Positions 18,318 to 27,309 of a DNA stretch of 32,000 nt are shown piece by piece. The translations under genes and the position numbers were made by a program. This DNA comes from Bacillus subtilis subsp. subtilis str. 168 (GTDB taxonomy: Bacteria > Bacillota > Bacilli > Bacillales > Bacillaceae). The stretch spans positions 1,740,001 through 1,772,000 of the forward strand of contig NC_000964.3 of assembly GCF_000009045.1 (NCBI RefSeq), written 5' to 3'. Positions within the stretch are counted from its first letter, which is position 1. Every line of letters starts with the position of its first letter. The notes under the pieces are model-generated. The model was not told the origin of the DNA, did no database searches, and was given only the letters and a program-made list of their open reading frames with translations.

Positions 18318-19600
18318 TCAAACCAATCGAATATGAACAGCTTCAGGAGACGCTGTATCATGAAAAAATGTCCAACGGCCTTGATGTTTACGTTTTGCCG
18401 AAAAAAGGCTTCAACAAGACATATGCGGTCTTTACAACAAAGTACGGCTCGATAGATAACCGGTTTGTCCCTTTAGGTAAAAACGAGATGGTTCACGTGC
18501 CGGACGGGATTGCTCACTTTCTTGAGCACAAGCTGTTTGAGAAAGCGGACGGAGACGTTTTTCAAGATTTCAGCAAACAGGGGGCTTCTGCCAATGCGTT
18601 TACGTCATTTACAAGAACGGCTTACCTTTTCTCAAGCACATCAAATGTTGAACGCAATTTAGAGACGCTTATCGATTTCGTACAGGACCCATATTTTACT
18701 GAAAAAACGGTTGAAAAGGAAAAAGGGATTATCGGGCAGGAGATTAATATGTACGACGATAACCCTGATTGGAGGCTTTACTTCGGGGTCATTGAAAACA
18801 TGTACAAAGAGCATCCTGTCAGAATTGACATAGCGGGAACAGTGGAAAGCATTTCACATATTACAAAAGACCTTCTTTATGAATGCTATGAAACGTTTTA
18901 TCACCCGAGTAACATGCTCCTTTTCATTGTCGGCCCTGTAGATCCTGAAGCGATTATTTCTCAGGTAAGAGAAAACCAGGGGAAAAAGCCGTATACTGAT
19001 CAGCCGGAGATCAAACGAGAAGAAGTGAAAGAGCAAGAAGCGGTTTTCCGAAAAGAAAAAGAGATCAAAATGAACGTGCAGGGACCGAAATGCCTTGTTG
19101 GGCTGAAATCCAAAAATCCGTTTAAATTAGGCAAAGAGCTCTTAAAGCATGAACTTTCAATGAACTTATTGCTTGAAGCTCTTTTTGGCAAAAGCTCTGC
19201 CCAGTATGAATCACTTTATGAAAAAGGATATATTGACGAAACGTTCAGCTTTGATTTTACTGCTGAATATGGGTTCGGTTTTGCGGCGATCGGCGGAGAT
19301 ACGCCTGAGCCTGATCAATTGGCTGAAGACATTTCAAGCATGCTTTTGCGCGCCGGTGAACTGATTACTGCTGAAAAGATTGAACTTGCCAGAAAGAAAA
19401 AGATCGGCACATTCTTAAAAGCGCTGAATTCCCCTGAATACATCGCCAATCAATTTACCCGTTATGCGTTCTTGGATATGAGCCTGTTTGATGTTGTAAC
19501 GGTACTCGAGCAGATTACCCTCGAGGATGTCCAGAACGTAATACAAGAGGAAATCGCTGCAGACAGACTGACTGTCTGCAAGGTTGTTCCTAAATCATAA
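18314..19600 (+). CDS. ymfH: M16-family zinc peptidase, active type, 428 aa
   Basis: The TTG start overlaps the ymfF TGA (TTGA at 18314-18317), behind GGAGGGTG. Has the intact zinc motif AHFLEHKLFE and a downstream EKEKGIIGQE glutamate region. Confidence 0.93.
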   Translation: MIKPIEYEQLQETLYHEKMSNGLDVYVLPKKGFNKTYAVFTTKYGSIDNRFVPLGKNEMVHVPDGIAHFLEHKLFEKADGDVFQDFSKQGASANAFTSFTRTAYLFSSTSNVERNLETLIDFVQDPYFTEKTVEKEKGIIGQEINMYDDNPDWRLYFGVIENMYKEHPVRIDIAGTVESISHITKDLLYECYETFYHPSNMLLFIVGPVDPEAIISQVRENQGKKPYTDQPEIKREEVKEQEAVFRKEKEIKMNVQGPKCLVGLKSKNPFKLGKELLKHELSMNLLLEALFGKSSAQYESLYEKGYIDETFSFDFTAEYGFGFAAIGGDTPEPDQLAEDISSMLLRAGELITAEKIELARKKKIGTFLKALNSPEYIANQFTRYAFLDMSLFDVVTVLEQITLEDVQNVIQEEIAADRLTVCKVVPKS

Positions 19601-19604
19601 ACAA

Positions 19605-19635
19605 AACATCCCTCCAGTGTGAGGGGTGTTTTTCT
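19605..19635 (+). terminator. Intrinsic terminator or attenuator between ymfH and ymfI
   Basis: 10-bp stem AACATCCCTC-cagtgt-GAGGGGTGTT (one G-U pair) followed by TTTCT. Confidence 0.65.
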
Positions 19636-19654
19636 GCGGAAAGAAGGAAAGAGG

Positions 19655-20383
19655 ATGAACAAAACAGCACTAATCACCGGAGCAAGCGGCGGCATTGGCA
19701 AAAGCATCAGCGAAACCCTTGCAGCTAGAGGATACAATCTGCTGCTGCATTACAATACAAATCAAAACGCGGCAGCGGAGCTTGCTGAAAAACTAAGTCA
19801 GATGTTTGGCGTAAATGCGGAGATATTACAAGCTGACCTGTCCGCGCAAGATGGAGCAGATAAGCTGACAAGTTCAATTGTTCAGCCGATTGATGCGATT
19901 GTTTTAAACAGCGGACGAAGCCATTTTGGGCTGATTACGGATGTAGATAACGCAACGGTCCAGGAAATGGTTCAGCTTCATGTGGCGAGTCCGTATATGC
20001 TGACGAGAAACCTTCTGCCAGGCATGATTCGGAATAAATCGGGAGCGATTGTGGCTGTCAGCTCGATTTGGGGAGAGACTGGAGCATCCTGTGAAGTGTT
20101 GTACAGCATGGCAAAAGGAGCTCAGCATTCATTTGTAAAAGGATTGGCTAAGGAGCTGGCGCCAAGCGGAATCAGAGTAAACGCCGTAGCGCCGGGTGCA
20201 GTTGATACAAATATGATGAATCAATTTACCCCGGCTGAAAAAGAAGAGATCGCTGATGAGATTCCGATCGGCCGGCTGGCCCGGCCGCAAGAAATTGCGG
20301 ATGCAACAGCTTTTCTCCTGTCTGAAAAAGCGTCATATATCACCGGCCAAATTCTGTCGGTGAATGGCGGCTGGCACTGCTGA
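19655..20383 (+). CDS. ymfI: Short-chain dehydrogenase/reductase (FabG-like), 242 aa
   Basis: The track ORF starts at 19619, inside the hairpin. My preferred start is ATG 19655 (MNKTALITGASGGIG), behind GGAAAGAGG. Has the TGxxxGIG cofactor loop and catalytic YSMAK. Confidence 0.92.
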   Translation: MNKTALITGASGGIGKSISETLAARGYNLLLHYNTNQNAAAELAEKLSQMFGVNAEILQADLSAQDGADKLTSSIVQPIDAIVLNSGRSHFGLITDVDNATVQEMVQLHVASPYMLTRNLLPGMIRNKSGAIVAVSSIWGETGASCEVLYSMAKGAQHSFVKGLAKELAPSGIRVNAVAPGAVDTNMMNQFTPAEKEEIADEIPIGRLARPQEIADATAFLLSEKASYITGQILSVNGGWHC

Positions 20384-20463
20384 TCCGAAAATATTCGGTG
20401 TATAGTTTCTTTTGCGAAGGACACAATAATCTTGTAACTTCACATGAAATGGAGGAAACAAGC

Positions 20464-20721
20464 ATGTCAGTATTAGAAAACTGGGATAGCTGGAAAAACT
20501 TCCTTGGCGACCGTCTGAACTATGCGCAAGATAAAGGTATGAGCCAGGATACGATTACAGATCTTGCGACAGAAATCGGCAGCTACTTGGCTAATGAAGT
20601 GGAATCTAAGAACGAGCAGGAAAAAGTGCTGGCAGATCTTTGGAGTGTAGCATCAAAAGATGAACAGCACGCCATTGCCAATATGATGGTTAAGCTTGTT
20701 GAAAATAACAGCACTCACTAG
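20464..20721 (+). CDS. ymfJ: Small acidic protein of unknown function, 85 aa
   Basis: The track ORF starts at 20398. My preferred start is ATG 20464 (MSVLENWDSWKNF), behind GGAGGAAA. Confidence 0.85.
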   Translation: MSVLENWDSWKNFLGDRLNYAQDKGMSQDTITDLATEIGSYLANEVESKNEQEKVLADLWSVASKDEQHAIANMMVKLVENNSTH

Positions 20722-20722
20722 G

Positions 20723-20750
20723 AAGAGAGGGGATTTTTCCTCTCTTTTTT
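20723..20750 (+). terminator. Intrinsic terminator after ymfJ
   Basis: AAGAGAGG-ggattttt-CCTCTCTT followed by TTTT. Confidence 0.85.
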
Positions 20751-20850
20751 ATGTTTTCCTCATCACAGCAACATTCTTCTTTCTAATTAGAGAAAAATGC
20801 TTTATGATAAAGGAAGGTAAAATTTTGCCACAATGAAGGGGGTATATCAT

Positions 20851-21640
20851 TTGGCAAAGCTCGAATGGTATTTTGAATATGAAATTCAAGTGAACCGCCC
20901 CGGACTGCTCGGGGATATTTCATCTCTTCTTGGGATGCTTTCTATCAACATCGTAACGATAAACGGCGTCGATCTTTCCAGAAGGGGAATGCTCCTCAGG
21001 TGCCGCCATATAGATCAAATTAAACGATTAGAATCAATCTTAAAAACGATGGAAACAATTAAAGTAACGAAGCTTAGAGAACCGAGGCTTCGCGACCGTC
21101 TTGCCGTACGCCACGGCCGTTATATTCAACGGGATGCCGATGACAAGAAAACGTTCCGCTTTGAACGGGACGAGCTTGGCTTATTAGTCGATTTTATGGC
21201 CGAATTGTTCAAAAAAGAAGGCCATAAATTAATCGGAATCAGAGGTATGCCGCGTGTCGGGAAAACGGAATCGATTGTAGCCTCTAGTGTGTGCGAGCAA
21301 AAGGTGGCTGTTTGTGTCATCAACCTTGCTGAAGCAGACGATAAGAAGCCAGCTGATTGCCGATGAATACAGCACTGAAAATGTCTTTATCGTTGACGGA
21401 ATTGTGTCAACACGAAGAGGGTCAGAACGCCATCTCCAGCTGGTCCGAGAAATCATGCGGCTGCCTGCAACAAAAGTGGTGGAGCATCCGGACATATTCG
21501 TTCAAAATACAGAGTATACACTAGATGACTTTGATTATATTATTGAACTGAGAAATGACCCTGATGAGGTTATTACATATGAACATGCCGAGGAACCCCA
21601 AATGTTTGATCAATCCGGGTTTTCAAGCTTTGATTTTTAA
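20851..21640 (+). pseudogene. ymfK: ACT-like domain + P-loop NTPase gene interrupted by a frameshift (a +1 or -2 shift is needed between 21281 and 21363)
   Basis: The frame-1 ORF runs 20833/20851-21366. The best start is TTG 20851, 8 nt behind GAAGGGGG. It carries EYEIQVNRPGLLGDISSLLGMLSINIVTINGV and Walker A GMPRVGKT. The frame-2 ORF (21281-21640) continues with NVFIVDG (Walker-B-like). It has no ATG and no SD before its GTG 21287. Confidence 0.7.
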
Positions 21641-21658
21641 AATTGGAAGGTGTTTGTT

Positions 21659-22573
21659 GTGACTGAACTAGGAATCCGGCTCAAAGAAGCCAGAGAGGAA
21701 AAAGCAATGTCATTGGATGATCTCCAAGCGGCAACAAAGATTCAAAAAAGGTATTTAACCGCCTTGGAGGAAGGAAACTATGACATTATTCCGGGGAAGT
21801 TTTATGTTCGGGCATTCATCAAGCAATATGCAGAAGCCGTTGGGCTTGATGCGGATCAGCTGTTTGAGGAGCATAAAAAAGATATCCCTAATACGTATCA
21901 TGATGATGTGTCTGAAAAGATCTCCGGCATGAATCTTCAAAAGGAAATGCCAAAGCCAGCATCTAAGGCGCTGGAGCTGCTGCCAACAATACTTGTTATT
22001 CTCGGCGTGATTGTCGTGATTGCCATTGTGTACGCGATCATTCAATTTGCCAATCACAAAAACAGTGATGATCACAATGCGGCATCAGAAAAAGCAATTA
22101 CGCAAAGTGAGAGCAAGTACGAAATCCCTAAAGATTCAACGCTGAAAGAGAATCAAAATAACAGCTCTGAAAAAGAGACAGACACTAAAAAAGAAACGAA
22201 AGAAAACGAAGATAAGAAAAAAGAAAATGACAGTGAGAAGCTGGAGATTAAAGCTGCTGGCACTGAAGGATCGTTAACGACTTATGAAGTGTCCGGCGCT
22301 GATAAAATCGAGCTGGAACTGAAGGCATCAGACAGCTCCTGGATTAGAGTGCGCGATGAAAACAGCAGCTCTTTAAAAGAAGGAACGCTGAAAAAAGACG
22401 AAACCTATAAAAAAGACATAACTGATCAGAAACAAGTTGATATCCGCACCGGATATGCACCTAATCTGAAAATAAAAATCAACGGTAAGGTTCTTTCATA
22501 TGAACTTGATCCGAAAAAAGTGATGGCACAAACCATAAAGATTGTAAATAAAAAGGAAGAAAAGTCATCTTAA
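21659..22573 (+). CDS. rodZ: Cytoskeleton/morphogenesis protein RodZ (Xre-type HTH, single TM, DUF4115), 304 aa
   Basis: The track ORF starts at 21650. My preferred start is GTG 21659 (MTELGIRLKEARE), behind GGAAGGTG. Has an HTH (MSLDDLQAATKIQKRYLTALE), a TM helix (LLPTILVILGVIVVIAIVYAIIQF), a Lys/Glu-rich linker and a C-terminal beta domain. Formerly ymfM. Confidence 0.9.
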   Translation: MTELGIRLKEAREEKAMSLDDLQAATKIQKRYLTALEEGNYDIIPGKFYVRAFIKQYAEAVGLDADQLFEEHKKDIPNTYHDDVSEKISGMNLQKEMPKPASKALELLPTILVILGVIVVIAIVYAIIQFANHKNSDDHNAASEKAITQSESKYEIPKDSTLKENQNNSSEKETDTKKETKENEDKKKENDSEKLEIKAAGTEGSLTTYEVSGADKIELELKASDSSWIRVRDENSSSLKEGTLKKDETYKKDITDQKQVDIRTGYAPNLKIKINGKVLSYELDPKKVMAQTIKIVNKKEEKSS

Positions 22574-22593
22574 TTACCAGATGACTTTTCTTC
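22561..22593 (+). terminator. Hairpin spanning the rodZ stop codon (possible partial terminator before pgsA)
   Basis: Perfect 10-bp stem AAAGTCATCT-taattacc-AGATGACTTT followed by TCTTC. The U-tract is interrupted. Confidence 0.5.
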
Positions 22594-22622
22594 ACGTCCG
22601 AGTATGAAATTGGAGGGGCTTT

Positions 22623-23204
22623 ATGTTTAACTTACCAAATAAAATCACACTAGCTAGAATCGCATTAATCCCAATCTTCATGATTATCATGCTGGCGCCG
22701 TTTGACTGGGGCAGGCTCGAAGTTGGAGACGAATCCATCCCGGTCGCACATTTGGCGGGGGCCATTCTATTTATTATTGCATCTACAACAGACTGGGTGG
22801 ACGGGTATTATGCCCGAAAATTAAATCTCGTAACAAACTTCGGGAAATTTCTTGATCCGCTTGCGGACAAACTGCTCGTATCCGCAGCGTTAATTATCCT
22901 TGTTCAATTTGATCTCGCTCCAGCTTGGATGGTCATTGTGATTATCAGCAGGGAGTTTGCCGTGACAGGTTTAAGGCTTGTCTTAGCCGGAACAGGAGAA
23001 GTCGTAGCTGCTAACATGCTTGGTAAAATCAAAACCTGGGCACAGATTATTGCGGTATCTGCATTGCTTCTTCATAATCTTCCATTTGAACTTGTGTCAT
23101 TCCCGTTTGCAGACTTGGCGCTGTGGGTAGCCGTCTTCTTTACTGTCGTCTCAGGCTGGGAATATTTCTCTAAAAATTGGGAAGCGTTAAAAACATCTAA
23201 CTAA
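22623..23204 (+). CDS. pgsA: CDP-diacylglycerol--glycerol-3-phosphate 3-phosphatidyltransferase, 193 aa
   Basis: CDP-alcohol phosphatidyltransferase signature [29 protein letters not shown] is GGAGGGG. Confidence 0.95.
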   Translation: MFNLPNKITLARIALIPIFMIIMLAPFDWGRLEVGDESIPVAHLAGAILFIIASTTDWVDGYYARKLNLVTNFGKFLDPLADKLLVSAALIILVQFDLAPAWMVIVIISREFAVTGLRLVLAGTGEVVAANMLGKIKTWAQIIAVSALLLHNLPFELVSFPFADLALWVAVFFTVVSGWEYFSKNWEALKTSN

Positions 23205-23221
23205 GAAAGAAGGACTTCGTC

Positions 23222-24472
23222 ATGGAATTTCCAAAAAAAGCAGAAATAATTGCAGTCGGTTCAGAGTTGCTGCTTGGTCAAATCGCCAATACAAATGCTC
23301 AATTTATCAGCAAACAGCTCGCTGAAATCGGGGTCAACGTATTTTATCATACAGCGGTCGGAGATAACCCGGAGCGGCTGAAGCAGGTCATCCGCATTGC
23401 TGAAGAACGCTCTGACTTCATTATTTTTTCAGGAGGGCTTGGACCCACAAAAGATGATCTGACGAAAGAAACGATTGCAAATACGCTGGGACGTCCGCTT
23501 GTGTTAAATGATGAGGCATTCCAATCCATTGAGGACTATTTCAAACGAACAAAACGCACGATGTCACCTAATAACCGAAAACAGGCGCTTGTGATCGAAG
23601 GCTCTGACGTGCTGGCGAATCACTTTGGAATGGCCCCGGGAATGCTCACAGAGCATGAATCGCGCTATTATATGCTTCTTCCTGGACCGCCGAGCGAATT
23701 GCGTCCAATGTTTGAAAACGAGGCAAAGCCTCTTCTGCTGAAAAAGATGGGTTCAAATGAAAAAATTGTGTCAACTGTTCTTCGCTTTTTCGGTATCGGT
23801 GAATCTCAGCTTGAAGCCGATTTGGAAGATATTATTGATGCACAAACCAATCCGACAATTGCGCCTTTGGCGGCTGATGGAGAGGTGACGCTGCGTCTGA
23901 CAGCCAAACACGCCGATGAAAAGGAAACAGAGCGTCTGTTAAAAGAAACAGAGGCCGTTATCTTAGAGCGTGTCGGTGAATTTTTCTATGGTTACGATGA
24001 TACTTCTCTTGTAAAAGAGCTATCTATAGCATGTAAGGAAAAAGGCATAACAATTTCTGCGGCAGAAAGCTTTACCGGAGGGCTGTTTTCTGAATGGCTG
24101 ACGGATCATAGCGGTGCCTCAAAATTATTTGCCGGGGGCGTTGTTTGCTATACAAACGACGTGAAGCAGAATGTGCTTGGTGTCAAGAAGGAAACATTAG
24201 ATCGTTTTGGGGCGGTCAGCAAGGAGTGCGCATCCGAACTGGCTAAGGGTGTTCAAAAACTCACTGGCAGCGATATCGGCATTAGCTTTACTGGTGTAGC
24301 AGGACCTGATGCTCAAGAAGGGCATGAGCCTGGGCATGTGTTTATCGGCATTTCCGCAAATGGTAAAGAAGAGGTTCACGAGTTTCACTTTGCGGGCTCC
24401 AGAACGGGGATCAGAAAACGCGGCGCTAAATACGGCTGCCATTTAATCTTAAAGCTTTTAGAGCAAAAATAA
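23222..24472 (+). CDS. cinA: Competence/damage-inducible protein CinA (MoCF-binding domain + NMN deamidase-like domain), 416 aa
   Basis: N-terminal MoaB/MogA-like domain ([19 protein letters not shown]) and a C-terminal PncC-like domain ([10 protein letters not shown]). Lies 17 nt after pgsA. Confidence 0.95.
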   Translation: MEFPKKAEIIAVGSELLLGQIANTNAQFISKQLAEIGVNVFYHTAVGDNPERLKQVIRIAEERSDFIIFSGGLGPTKDDLTKETIANTLGRPLVLNDEAFQSIEDYFKRTKRTMSPNNRKQALVIEGSDVLANHFGMAPGMLTEHESRYYMLLPGPPSELRPMFENEAKPLLLKKMGSNEKIVSTVLRFFGIGESQLEADLEDIIDAQTNPTIAPLAADGEVTLRLTAKHADEKETERLLKETEAVILERVGEFFYGYDDTSLVKELSIACKEKGITISAAESFTGGLFSEWLTDHSGASKLFAGGVVCYTNDVKQNVLGVKKETLDRFGAVSKECASELAKGVQKLTGSDIGISFTGVAGPDAQEGHEPGHVFIGISANGKEEVHEFHFAGSRTGIRKRGAKYGCHLILKLLEQK

Positions 24473-24558
24473 TATTTTCAGCACATTATCCTCCTAAGAA
24501 AACATGATTTCTCTGATACATTATGATATTTTGATAGGAATCACGCCAAGAAAAAATC

Positions 24559-24572
24559 CGAATATGCGTTCG
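24559..24572. promoter_or_regulatory. LexA (DinR) operator / Cheo box of recA
   Basis: CGAATATGCGTTCG compared with the consensus CGAACnnnnGTTCG, with one mismatch. It lies immediately upstream of the recA -35. Confidence 0.85.
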
Positions 24573-24580
24573 CTTTTTTC

Positions 24581-24609
24581 TTGGCAAATCCCTTCAAACA
24601 GGGTATAGT
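24581..24609 (+). promoter_or_regulatory. SigA promoter of recA
   Basis: TTGGCA (24581-24586), a 17-nt spacer, then TATAGT (24604-24609). Confidence 0.6.
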
Positions 24610-24644
24610 ATATGTAGTGGTAACATAAAGGAGGAAAAAATAGA

Positions 24645-25691
24645 ATGAGTGATCGTCAGGCAGCCTTAGATATGGCTCTTAAACAAATAGAAAAACAGTT
24701 CGGCAAAGGTTCCATTATGAAACTGGGAGAAAAGACAGATACAAGAATTTCTACTGTACCAAGCGGCTCCCTCGCTCTTGATACAGCACTGGGAATTGGC
24801 GGATATCCTCGCGGACGGATTATTGAAGTATACGGTCCTGAAAGCTCAGGTAAAACAACTGTGGCGCTTCATGCGATTGCTGAAGTTCAGCAGCAGGGCG
24901 GACAAGCCGCGTTTATCGATGCGGAGCATGCGTTAGATCCGGTATACGCGCAAAAGCTCGGTGTTAACATCGAAGAGCTTTTACTGTCTCAGCCTGACAC
25001 AGGCGAGCAGGCGCTTGAAATTGCGGAAGCATTGGTTCGAAGCGGGGCAGTTGACATTGTCGTTGTCGACTCTGTAGCCGCTCTCGTTCCGAAAGCGGAA
25101 ATTGAAGGCGACATGGGAGATTCGCATGTCGGTTTACAAGCACGCTTAATGTCTCAAGCGCTTCGTAAGCTTTCAGGGGCCATTAACAAATCGAAGACAA
25201 TCGCGATTTTCATTAACCAAATTCGTGAAAAAGTCGGTGTTATGTTCGGGAACCCGGAAACAACACCTGGCGGCCGTGCGTTGAAATTCTATTCTTCCGT
25301 GCGTCTTGAAGTGCGCCGTGCTGAACAGCTGAAACAAGGCAACGACGTAATGGGGAACAAAACGAAAATCAAAGTCGTGAAAAACAAGGTGGCTCCGCCG
25401 TTCCGTACAGCCGAGGTTGACATTATGTACGGAGAAGGCATTTCAAAAGAAGGCGAAATCATTGATCTAGGAACTGAACTTGATATCGTGCAAAAAAGCG
25501 GTTCATGGTACTCTTATGAAGAAGAGCGTCTTGGCCAAGGCCGTGAAAATGCAAAACAATTCCTGAAAGAAAATAAAGATATCATGCTGATGATCCAGGA
25601 GCAAATTCGCGAACATTACGGCTTGGATAATAACGGAGTAGTGCAGCAGCAAGCTGAAGAGACACAAGAAGAACTCGAATTTGAAGAATAA
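24645..25691 (+). CDS. recA: Recombinase RecA, 348 aa
   Basis: Unmistakable RecA sequence: Walker [10 protein letters not shown], Walker [11 protein letters not shown] and the L2 loop region. SD is AAGGAGGA. Confidence 0.98.
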
Positions 25692-25716
25692 AAATAAAAT
25701 AAGTTTCAAATGATAC

Positions 25717-25746
25717 AAAAGGCTGAGTGAAAAACTCAGCTTTTTT
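25717..25746 (+). terminator. Strong intrinsic terminator after recA
   Basis: AAAAGGCTGAGT-gaaaa-ACTCAGCTTTTTT. Confidence 0.9.
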
Positions 25747-25783
25747 GTATTTTGCAAAAAAATGATAAAAATATTGCTTTTTT

Positions 25784-25813
25784 TGACAACTTTTTTAGGG
25801 CTTTATTCGTCTA
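25784..25813 (+). promoter_or_regulatory. ECF-sigma-type promoter (SigX/SigM/SigV class) for pbpX
   Basis: TGACAAC (AAC at 25788-25790), a 17-nt spacer, then CGTCTA (25808-25813). This fits the xxAAC-N16/17-CGTC pattern of B. subtilis ECF sigmas. pbpX is a reported SigX-regulon member. Confidence 0.5.
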
Positions 25814-25858
25814 ACAAAACGTGTGCAAAATGGAATTTATTTTGGGAGGAAAAAATGA

Positions 25859-27034
25859 ATGACAAGCCCAACCCGCAGAAGAACTGCGAAACGCAGACGG
25901 AGAAAACTAAATAAAAGAGGAAAACTGTTGTTTGGTCTTTTAGCAGTGATGGTTTGCATTACGATTTGGAATGCTCTTCATCGAAATAGTGAAGAAAACG
26001 AACCATCTCAAGAAACTGCAGCGGTTTCAAATACCGATCAGAAAAAAGAGGTCAAAAAGAAAACTGCCAAAAAATCAGAGGAACAAATCAAAACAGTGGA
26101 TCGAAACCAAAAAATCAGCAATTATTTAAAAGAGATCGGTTTCAGCGGAACAGCCATGATTGTCAGAAATGGAGAAATCGTAACAAATAAAGGTTTTGGC
26201 TATGCTGACCGTAAACACTACATTCAAAATAATCCATTGACATCTTTTTATGTCGGTTCATCACAAAAAGCGCTGATTGCAACTGCTATTTTGCAGCTTG
26301 AGGAAAAGGGGAAACTTCAGACAAGTGATCCGGTAAGCACGTATTTACCTCATTTTCCCAACGGACAAACGATTACTTTGAAGAATCTGCTTACACATAC
26401 ATCGGGGATAAACGGACATATTGAAGGAAACGGCGCCATTACTCCGGACGATTTAATAAAAGATATAGAACTTCAGGGAATCAAACGTCAGCCGGGCGTA
26501 TGGGACTACAAGGATTCCAACTATTCTGTTCTTGCTTATATTATTGCTGAAGTAAGCGGTGAGCCCTATGAACAGTACATAAAGAATCATATTTTTAAAC
26601 CTGCGGGAATGACGCATGCAGGCTTTTACAAAACATATGAAAAAGAACCTTATCCTGCCGTCGGGTATAAGATGGAGGGCAGCAAAACAGTTACACCGTA
26701 TATACCTGATTTATCCCAGCTGTATGGAGCGGGTGATATTTATATGAGCGCTATAGATATGTACAAATTTGACCAAGCGCTGATAGACGGAAAACTGTAT
26801 TCGCAAAAAAGCTATGAAAAGATGTTTACGCCAGGGAGCAGCTCCACATACGGCATGGGATTTTATGTTGCTCCCGGAAGCTATTCAAACCATGGTGTTA
26901 TGCCGGGCTTCAATATCTTGAACAGCTTTAGCAAATCTGGGCAAACCATTGTTATTTTGTTCTCAAACATTCAAAATAATGCTAAATTGGGCCAAGTGAA
27001 CAATAAAATATACCAGCTTCTAAATCAAGAATGA
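25859..27034 (+). CDS. pbpX: Penicillin-binding protein X (serine beta-lactamase/DD-peptidase fold), 391 aa
   Basis: Basic N-terminus plus a TM anchor (LLFGLLAVMVCITIW), the SxxK motif (GSSQKAL) and a beta-lactamase-class fold. SD is GGGAGGA. Confidence 0.9.
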   Translation: MTSPTRRRTAKRRRRKLNKRGKLLFGLLAVMVCITIWNALHRNSEENEPSQETAAVSNTDQKKEVKKKTAKKSEEQIKTVDRNQKISNYLKEIGFSGTAMIVRNGEIVTNKGFGYADRKHYIQNNPLTSFYVGSSQKALIATAILQLEEKGKLQTSDPVSTYLPHFPNGQTITLKNLLTHTSGINGHIEGNGAITPDDLIKDIELQGIKRQPGVWDYKDSNYSVLAYIIAEVSGEPYEQYIKNHIFKPAGMTHAGFYKTYEKEPYPAVGYKMEGSKTVTPYIPDLSQLYGAGDIYMSAIDMYKFDQALIDGKLYSQKSYEKMFTPGSSSTYGMGFYVAPGSYSNHGVMPGFNILNSFSKSGQTIVILFSNIQNNAKLGQVNNKIYQLLNQE

Positions 27035-27110
27035 TTGGCGATCTTCTTTTGGATGAATTGCATTCGGCACGTGAAAAGAAGACTGGCCTGCAAACGTTAA
27101 GATGGCAAGC

Positions 27111-27139
27111 TTGACAAGTATTTCCGACACATTTACAAT
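27111..27139 (+). promoter_or_regulatory. Near-consensus SigA promoter for rny, giving a ~165-nt leader
   Basis: TTGACA (27111-27116), a 17-nt spacer, then TACAAT (27134-27139). Confidence 0.6.
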
Positions 27140-27309
27140 GAAGTTGTAACATTTGTTTTTTTAACATGATTGTTAAACCATTTAAACTTGACAAGGGCGA
27201 TGAACACACTCATTCCCTGTGAAGGTTCTGTATGTTGAGAAAACTAGACAATGTACATGCCGACACTTTTTAAGCAACAACCAAGTTCATAGCAAGAGGA
27301 GGTGAAAGT

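Noticed and set aside
21281-21366. Programmed +1 ribosomal frameshifting as the explanation for the ymfK split
   Set aside because: I see no prfB-like slippery codon and stop context (the frame-1 stop context is CGA-TGA-A), no upstream internal SD at the right distance, and no downstream structure. A mutation or sequencing error at (GT)3 or A4 is the more economical explanation. This cannot be fully excluded without data.
22120-22250. Repetitive-looking AAAGAAA/GAAAA-rich stretch in rodZ
   Set aside because: It encodes the Lys/Glu/Asn-rich low-complexity linker of RodZ (SEKETDTKKETKENEDKKKENDSEK). It is in frame, with no unit periodicity or spacer structure, so it is not a CRISPR or tandem-repeat locus.
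27042-27082. 9-bp inverted repeat TCTTCTTTT / AAAAGAAGA right after pbpX, considered as the pbpX terminator
   Set aside because: It has a 23-nt loop, an AT-rich stem and no U-tract on either strand, so it is not a canonical intrinsic terminator. It is mentioned under the rny leader finding instead.
27167-27223. 18-codon ORF (MIVKPFKLDKGDEHTHSL) in the rny leader
   Set aside because: There is no Shine-Dalgarno upstream; it is preceded by a T-run. The 13-codon ORF at 27232 has a much better initiation context.
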